A model generated the notes under the pieces. The model saw nothing but the letters and a program-made list of their open reading frames with translations. It ran no database searches and had not been told where the DNA came from. The translations under genes and the position numbers were made by a program. DNA of 64,000 bases from Candidatus Peribacteria bacterium (GTDB taxonomy: Bacteria > Patescibacteriota > Gracilibacteria > Peribacterales > Peribacteraceae). The DNA is taken from contig JAHFJM010000004.1 of the NCBI GenBank assembly GCA_023245935.1, forward strand, positions 13,924 to 77,923. Direction: 5' to 3'. Positions 33,901 through 38,958 of this stretch are shown here, piece by piece. Within the stretch, counting starts at the first letter, position 1; each line of letters opens with the position of its first letter.

Positions 33901-34208
33901 GACAACGGACATTCAGCCGGGCAGAGAGCATTCGTCTCTCCGGGTTCGCAGATGCCATTCATATTGCATGCTGTTCCGCCCGTACCGCATCCCTGTCCTG
34001 CGCAATCGGAACAGCCGCTCGTGCACTCCTGTGCCGAATCGCAGACACCGTTTAAGTTGCATGTAATACTGCATCCGGGCGTTCCGACGATACAGCCCTT
34101 CAGTTTTGAAGGATTCCGCAACACATTCGATTGCAGAAGAACGATCGTCATCACGAGCCCGAGAAGCGCACCGATCAGAAGCCTCAGGGGGAACTTTATT
34201 GGCATCAT
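24933..34208 (-). CDS. Giant (3,091 aa) Cys-rich, Ser-tract-rich modular cell-surface protein with N-terminal signal/anchor and C-terminal TM + Arg-rich tail
   Basis: This is a single uninterrupted ORF with the N-terminus [25 protein letters not shown]. It has internally repeated modules (see the repeat features) and myxo-type Cys repeats. The C-terminus is [27 protein letters not shown]. All other-frame ORFs inside it are low-complexity shadows. Confidence 0.85.
   Translation of the reverse strand: [3091 protein letters not shown]
25137..25646 (-). repeat. Five myxo-type cysteine-rich repeats (CG[DN]G...E.CD.G..N......C...C), aa 2855-3024 of the giant protein
   Basis: An example is [27 protein letters not shown]. 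This is the pattern of the Myxococcus cysteine-rich repeat (myxo_disulf_rpt / DUF4215-like). Confidence 0.75.
25767..26012 (-). repeat. 6-Cys knot modules K5-K6 (aa 2733-2814)
   Basis: The modules are [29 protein letters not shown] and [29 protein letters not shown], with spacing C-x5-C-x5-C-x8-C-x5-CC. Confidence 0.8.
27468..28226 (-). repeat. 6-Cys knot modules K1-K4 separated by Ser-rich linkers (aa 1995-2247)
   Basis: The modules are [87 protein letters not shown] and [29 protein letters not shown]. Confidence 0.85.
28617..30302 (-). repeat. Six tandem ~95-98-aa repeats (aa 1303-1864) arranged as three pairs
   Basis: Each unit starts with C(V/G)..(V/A) and ends with ..FP..CP. Pair R1/R2 shares a 125-nt DNA block (29842-29966 vs 30136-30260, 1 mismatch). 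Pair R5/R6 shares an 87-nt block (28728-28814 vs 29022-29108, 2 mismatches). Both blocks are offset by exactly 294 nt. Confidence 0.85.
30828..31460 (-). repeat. Hendecad (11-residue) Tyr/Ala repeat region B (aa 917-1127)
   Basis: Aromatic residues lie at 928, 939, 950, 961, (972 H), 994, 1005, 1016, then 1028, 1039, 1050, 1061, 1072, 1083, 1094, 1105 and 1116. Confidence 0.8.
31773..33011 (-). repeat. Hendecad (11-residue) Tyr/Ala repeat region A (aa 400-812)
   Basis: Tyr lies at 414, 425, 436, 447, 458, 469 and 480, then at 501, 512 and 523. F545, L556, Y567, Y578 and Y589 follow. Y621 to Y731 are spaced by 11 with one gap, and Y768, 779, 790 and 801 complete the series. The motif is roughly (L)D..Y..A..AL. 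Confidence 0.85.
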
Positions 34209-34286
34209 GGAAGTCGATGCTGATTATGTCTTATCCGTGAGGAAGCTACAAGCAATTACGACTGCACGCTTCACTATGAAATCTCC

Positions 34287-35615
34287 CTATGGCCTGCAGC
34301 AAACTGTCGGTCCAAAATTGCCGGGTGCGCATGCACCTGCAGTCTGCTTCGAGCTCGGACACATCGCGGTGACTCTGCATGCATTCGGGGAACTGCATGG
34401 CGGAACACAACACACCTTGCCGCCGGTACATGAGTCATTGGTCCTCCTCGCTATGGGACACGATGCACTTGTTGCGCATGCATTCGGAGAAGCGCACGCC
34501 GTCACCGGGTCACAACACACCTTATTGGTACCGGAACATGCCCCTGTTGTGCGGCTCAAGGCCGGACAGAGCATAGTCGTTAGACATGTATTCGGAGACT
34601 GACATGTCGGAGCGCGACAGCAGACCAACTGCGGACTGCTGGTGGGACAGGCAACTCCCGGCATCCGTCTTGATACTGGACAGGAGGCAGGATTTTTACA
34701 TGAATCGGGGAGACCGCATGATGTACAGCAAATCGTGCCTGTGGGACATGCGCCACCCGTCTGGTGTGACAACGGACATTGGCTCGTCGGTGAACATAAA
34801 TTACCGGAGGCACATGCTGCTGAAGCAGAAGAGGAAGGATTGGATGATTGCTGAGAAGAAGGCGATGAACTGCGTCTGGAAGATCTTGAGGAAGAACGTC
34901 TGGAGGACCGAATGGAGGAATTGGCACTGGAACCTCCTCCACCCCCCCCTCCACTACTACTGGAACTTATGGAAGACTGTCCGGAGGAATTGGCACTGGA
35001 ACCTCCCGAACCTCCACTGCCTGAAGAACCGCTGGAGCCACCGGAACCCGCACTGCCGGAGGAACCAGTGGAACCGCTGGAGCCACCGGAGCCGCCTGAG
35101 CTGGAAAAGGCAGGACATAATGGATCGGGGAGAGTAACCATAACGCATAAATTGAAAAAAAGGTCACACGTGCAGTGCCCCATTCCTCCTGCAGGTTGGC
35201 AACCATTGTTACAGATCTGCATATTGCTCACTTGTCCAATGCATGATGCATCTGGATTTGGAGCGGTATTGCAGCCAGAACTTGAAGATGTGCTCATGCT
35301 TGAGGAATTTGAGCTGGCAGATGCACCGCCACACACTCCCGGATGTGCAGTCTGTGCTGCTGCACACGTTAATTCCCCTGGGAAGAAATTTCCCAGTGCG
35401 GTCGTACAAGCAGTCGGGGTCATTACACCGATACAGTGAGGTGTTGGCACCGTGGAACAACAGGCAGCGGTCGGGGGAGTGAGTGCCATTCCCTTCACAT
35501 CACTATTCACTCTAAACCAGAGCTGCATCGCAAGAACAATCACCAACAGAACTGCAGGAACAACGATGGCTGTGAAACCAATGATATTGGAGGAGAACTT
35601 CTTGGGATGCTTCAT
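34287..35615 (-). CDS. N-anchored Cys-rich surface protein (442 aa) with Gly/Ser tract and five 6-Cys knot modules
   Basis: The N-terminus is MKHPKKFSSNIIGFTAIVVPAVLLVIVLAM. The GS/S tract spans aa 171-266. Five C-x5-C-x5-CP-x8/9-C-x5-8-CC modules span aa 268-440 (nt 34296-34814). Confidence 0.75.
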   Translation of the reverse strand: MKHPKKFSSNIIGFTAIVVPAVLLVIVLAMQLWFRVNSDVKGMALTPPTAACCSTVPTPHCIGVMTPTACTTALGNFFPGELTCAAAQTAHPGVCGGASASSNSSSMSTSSSSGCNTAPNPDASCIGQVSNMQICNNGCQPAGGMGHCTCDLFFNLCVMVTLPDPLCPAFSSSGGSGGSSGSTGSSGSAGSGGSSGSSGSGGSGGSSANSSGQSSISSSSSGGGGGGGSSANSSIRSSRRSSSRSSRRSSSPSSQQSSNPSSSASAACASGNLCSPTSQCPLSHQTGGACPTGTICCTSCGLPDSCKNPASCPVSRRMPGVACPTSSPQLVCCRAPTCQSPNTCLTTMLCPALSRTTGACSGTNKVCCDPVTACASPNACATSASCPIARRTNDSCTGGKVCCVPPCSSPNACRVTAMCPSSKQTAGACAPGNFGPTVCCRP

Positions 35616-35638
35616 AGAATTGTTTGAATCCTACTGAC

Positions 35639-37267
35639 CTATTCTGCTCTGCACAACTTGCTGCAACCGTCACCGGATTTCGTGTTCTTATCGTCACACT
35701 GCTCACCGGTATCGATCGTCCCATTGCCGCAGACTGCCGCATGAAGACCGCGGAGCGTGGTGAGGAGGAGAATCAAGTCCTTCCGATCCACGGCACCGTC
35801 ATTATTCAGGTCATTTCTGAGATTTTTGATTTTCATGTCCTGGAACATCATCGTGATTCCCCTGTACATCTCGCTGTTGCTTAGCACACCGCTTCGATCG
35901 ACGTCGAGAGCGGTCAGAATACGAGCGACTAAGGGAGCGATTGGAGCTACGACGAGCGGAGGAGGCAACGCTACTGCAGTGCAAAGGGGAAGAAGTGGTG
36001 ACGGAGCCTTGCACAACCAAGGGAACGGCGGCGGTCCCGGTGGTGGGTGGAGAGGGCAATTACCGAAATGATGCGGACAGTAGTAGTACGCCTCAAGTAC
36101 GCCATGATCCCCGGCAATAATGCCCGCGTCCGGTCCATCGCATTTAATGTACTTTGCCGGTGTCTCGTTGACGCCAATGCACGTGCCCGGTCCTCCGCAT
36201 GTGTTTTCACAAAGTGTCTTAAAGCTGTTCATGTAGGGACCAAGAATAGCGCAGTCGATGGTGATCGGTGGCGTGTTACCCGGTGGAAGTGGAGTCGTAG
36301 GTGGGGGAACTTGTGGCGGATAGCCGGGATAGCCGAGTGCGACCGTGCACCTCTTTTGCATACAATTTGCACTGCAGCCGTCTTGGACAACGGCACACGC
36401 TCCTGTACCGGGGCAGTCTGCAGCGACGCTGCACTGCTTCCCTAAATCCGGAGGACCATTCGGACAATGCTTTCCATTGTCACAGACTTCCGGTGCAGTG
36501 ACGATTCCGTCTCCACAAGCGACGGTGCAGACACTGGTGGAAGTAGCGAGTGGAAGATTTTCACAAGACCAACCGTTCTGAATATTGCAGGCTGCAGTAC
36601 ACCCGTCTCCATTCGTGTTGTTGCCGTCGTCACAGGCTTCATCGTCTCCGCCACCCGGAGCATTGTCTTGGCCATTGGCATCTCTGTATCCGTCTCCGCA
36701 TGATTCGGTTTTGCAAATGTTACTGCAGCCATCTCCGGAAACGGTATTCCCGTCGTCACACTCCTCCGGAGCCACTGTGGCATTGTCTCCACAGGAGCCA
36801 ATCGGTACGCATGTAGTGCCAACGCAGACAGTAACTCCCGGGTTACACATCGGTGGAGTGCAAGCAGACACGCACGTTCCTGATAAGCACGTTCCACAAC
36901 AAGGAGGCTTTTCGGTGGAAGGCATTGGTCCGACGCAGCAAGCGGTCGTCGCTCCCGGAGAAAGGCAGCTGGTGCTACCGTCAGGTCTGCACGTTGAGGC
37001 ATTTCCACACGTGGGAATCGTGACGTCGGGACACGGTCCAAGGAAAGTGCATATTGCAGGAGAACCAAGACACACCGCCGGCGCAATGCAATTCGATGTG
37101 TTGCAAGCGAACACGCATCCTGTAGATGGACAAACAATGCCTCTCAGAGACGTTGTATTTGAGAAGAGCGATGACTTGATGATAAGAACAACCACCAAAA
37201 GAACGGTCGGAACTACGAGAGCTGTGACACGGATAGCAGTGGATGAGTGCTTCGAGAAATGCTTCAT
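35639..37267 (-). CDS. N-anchored Cys-rich surface protein (542 aa) with myxo-type Cys repeats and a dockerin-like EF-hand pair
   Basis: The N-terminus MKHFSKHSSTAIRVTALVVPTVLLVVVLII is paralogous to the neighbour. The repeats CGDNATVAPEECDDGNTVSGDGCSNIC, ACDDGNNTNGDGCTAAC and CGNGTIDTGEQCDDKNTKSGDGCSKLC are present. The loops DVDRSGVLSNSE and DLNNDGAVDRKD lie at aa 455-497. Confidence 0.75.
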   Translation of the reverse strand: MKHFSKHSSTAIRVTALVVPTVLLVVVLIIKSSLFSNTTSLRGIVCPSTGCVFACNTSNCIAPAVCLGSPAICTFLGPCPDVTIPTCGNASTCRPDGSTSCLSPGATTACCVGPMPSTEKPPCCGTCLSGTCVSACTPPMCNPGVTVCVGTTCVPIGSCGDNATVAPEECDDGNTVSGDGCSNICKTESCGDGYRDANGQDNAPGGGDDEACDDGNNTNGDGCTAACNIQNGWSCENLPLATSTSVCTVACGDGIVTAPEVCDNGKHCPNGPPDLGKQCSVAADCPGTGACAVVQDGCSANCMQKRCTVALGYPGYPPQVPPPTTPLPPGNTPPITIDCAILGPYMNSFKTLCENTCGGPGTCIGVNETPAKYIKCDGPDAGIIAGDHGVLEAYYYCPHHFGNCPLHPPPGPPPFPWLCKAPSPLLPLCTAVALPPPLVVAPIAPLVARILTALDVDRSGVLSNSEMYRGITMMFQDMKIKNLRNDLNNDGAVDRKDLILLLTTLRGLHAAVCGNGTIDTGEQCDDKNTKSGDGCSKLCRAE

Positions 37268-37362
37268 ACAATTATCTTCATCCTAAAGGTTGCGCACTTC
37301 CTGAAGCAATACGATCTTCTCAGAATTTGGTTTTTGGAATTTTTCGTCTTACACTGCCGTCC

Positions 37363-38883
37363 ATGATCAGAAAAAGCACATCAGACGAGAAAAAAAAACC
37401 GTCCCACGTGTGGCTGTATGCGTTGTTCGTCCTCGTGACGTCGTTCTTCACGTACATGTACCGCTACGACTTCCCGCCGAATCCTTTCTGGGATGAGCCG
37501 TACCACATCGTCTCCGCTCAGAAGTACCTGAACGGAGTCTTCTTCATGGAGCAGCATCCTCCGCTTGGGAAACTGTTCATCGCTCTGGGAGAAAAGATCG
37601 TGCACGGAAATGCACGGAACGATCAGTTCCTGACGACCGACTACGCAAACAATATTCCGAACGGTTTCAACTTCGCGGGATACCGACTCTTCCCGACACT
37701 GTTCGCGTGGCTCACTGCACCAGTGCTCTTCTTCATCTTTCTCTTCATCACGGGAAGCAGTCCCCTCTCCGCACTCCTTTCTTTCCTCTACGTCTTCGAC
37801 AATGCAGAGATCGTCCACAGCCGCGGCGCGATGGTGGACAGCACACTGACGTTCTTCGGAATGCTCTGCGTGCTGCTCTTCCTCCATCTCCAGCGAAGAG
37901 AAAGGAAGGTCACGCTGAAGAAGCATTGCATTCTCTCGCTTCTCCTCGGCGTATCGTTCGGGCTTGCAATGGCGACGAAAGTCATCGCACTCATCTTCAT
38001 CCTGCTCTTCCCGCTGATCATCCTGCGCCTGCTCCCCGATTGGAGAAAAGTCACGCTCTTCTGTGTTCTCAGCATGGTAGGAATGATGACAATGTACGTC
38101 AGTGTCTGGCAGATTCACTTCTCACTCGGGAAGAGAGTCGTGCCCGAACTCCCCGATAACGGGTATTACCAGGCATCGAGCGAGCTGAAGACGATTCTCA
38201 GTTCGCATGCGCAGAACACATTGTCGTCATTCCCCGTGATGCTTCGCGATCACCTGCTGTTCGCACCGCACTACAACAGAGGAGTGCCGCGTCTCGACCT
38301 GTGCAAGAAAGATGAGAACGGAAGCCCCTCGTACTTCTGGCCGTTCGGGGCACGGTCGATCAACTATCGCTGGCAACAGGAGAATGAGAATGCGTATCGC
38401 TATCTCTACCTCGTGAGCAATCCCGTCGCATGGGGGCTTGGGCTGCTTGGCATTTTATTGACTGCCGTTCTTCTGATCGGCTCACAACTTTTCACAGTCA
38501 AAGAAAAACTGCAGCAGCCGTTTCTGCTTCTGTCGTTTTTTGGCATCTACTGCTCATACATGATTGCAATCAGCCGCATCACGCGTGTGATGTACCTCTA
38601 CCACTATTTCCTGCCTCTCCTGTTCAGCTTCATTCTGTTTTCGCTCGTCCTCATCAATATCCGAACCATCGGACGGTACAGAGTCACCGATGATCGGCGC
38701 ATCGTCTTCATGACGATTCTCGGTCTTCTGATCTTCGGTGCATTCCAATTCATGAGGCCGCTCACCTATTACGAGCCGCTGACCGACAGTGCATTCAAGA
38801 AACGAGCAATCGTGACCATGTGGGAATTGACCTGTGTCCGTTGCCAGAAACTCAGTTGGCTTGTGGTGCCGACCGGGAATTAG
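37363..38883 (+). CDS. Dolichyl/polyprenyl-phosphate-mannose protein O-mannosyltransferase (GT39, PMT family)
   Basis: The loop-1 DE motif (FWDEPYHIVSAQKYL), the HPPLGK motif and about 10 TM helices are present. The start is set at the ATG at 37363 (MIRKSTSDEKKKPSHVWLY...). The gene is divergent from the 542-aa gene across a 95-nt spacer. Confidence 0.8.
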   Translation: MIRKSTSDEKKKPSHVWLYALFVLVTSFFTYMYRYDFPPNPFWDEPYHIVSAQKYLNGVFFMEQHPPLGKLFIALGEKIVHGNARNDQFLTTDYANNIPNGFNFAGYRLFPTLFAWLTAPVLFFIFLFITGSSPLSALLSFLYVFDNAEIVHSRGAMVDSTLTFFGMLCVLLFLHLQRRERKVTLKKHCILSLLLGVSFGLAMATKVIALIFILLFPLIILRLLPDWRKVTLFCVLSMVGMMTMYVSVWQIHFSLGKRVVPELPDNGYYQASSELKTILSSHAQNTLSSFPVMLRDHLLFAPHYNRGVPRLDLCKKDENGSPSYFWPFGARSINYRWQQENENAYRYLYLVSNPVAWGLGLLGILLTAVLLIGSQLFTVKEKLQQPFLLLSFFGIYCSYMIAISRITRVMYLYHYFLPLLFSFILFSLVLINIRTIGRYRVTDDRRIVFMTILGLLIFGAFQFMRPLTYYEPLTDSAFKKRAIVTMWELTCVRCQKLSWLVVPTGN

Positions 38884-38958
38884 ATATCTGCCTTACGTAT
38901 TCCGGATTTTGTGTGTAGACTCTGCCCGCTTTTTTCTCTCACCTTCCCACTCACCATC

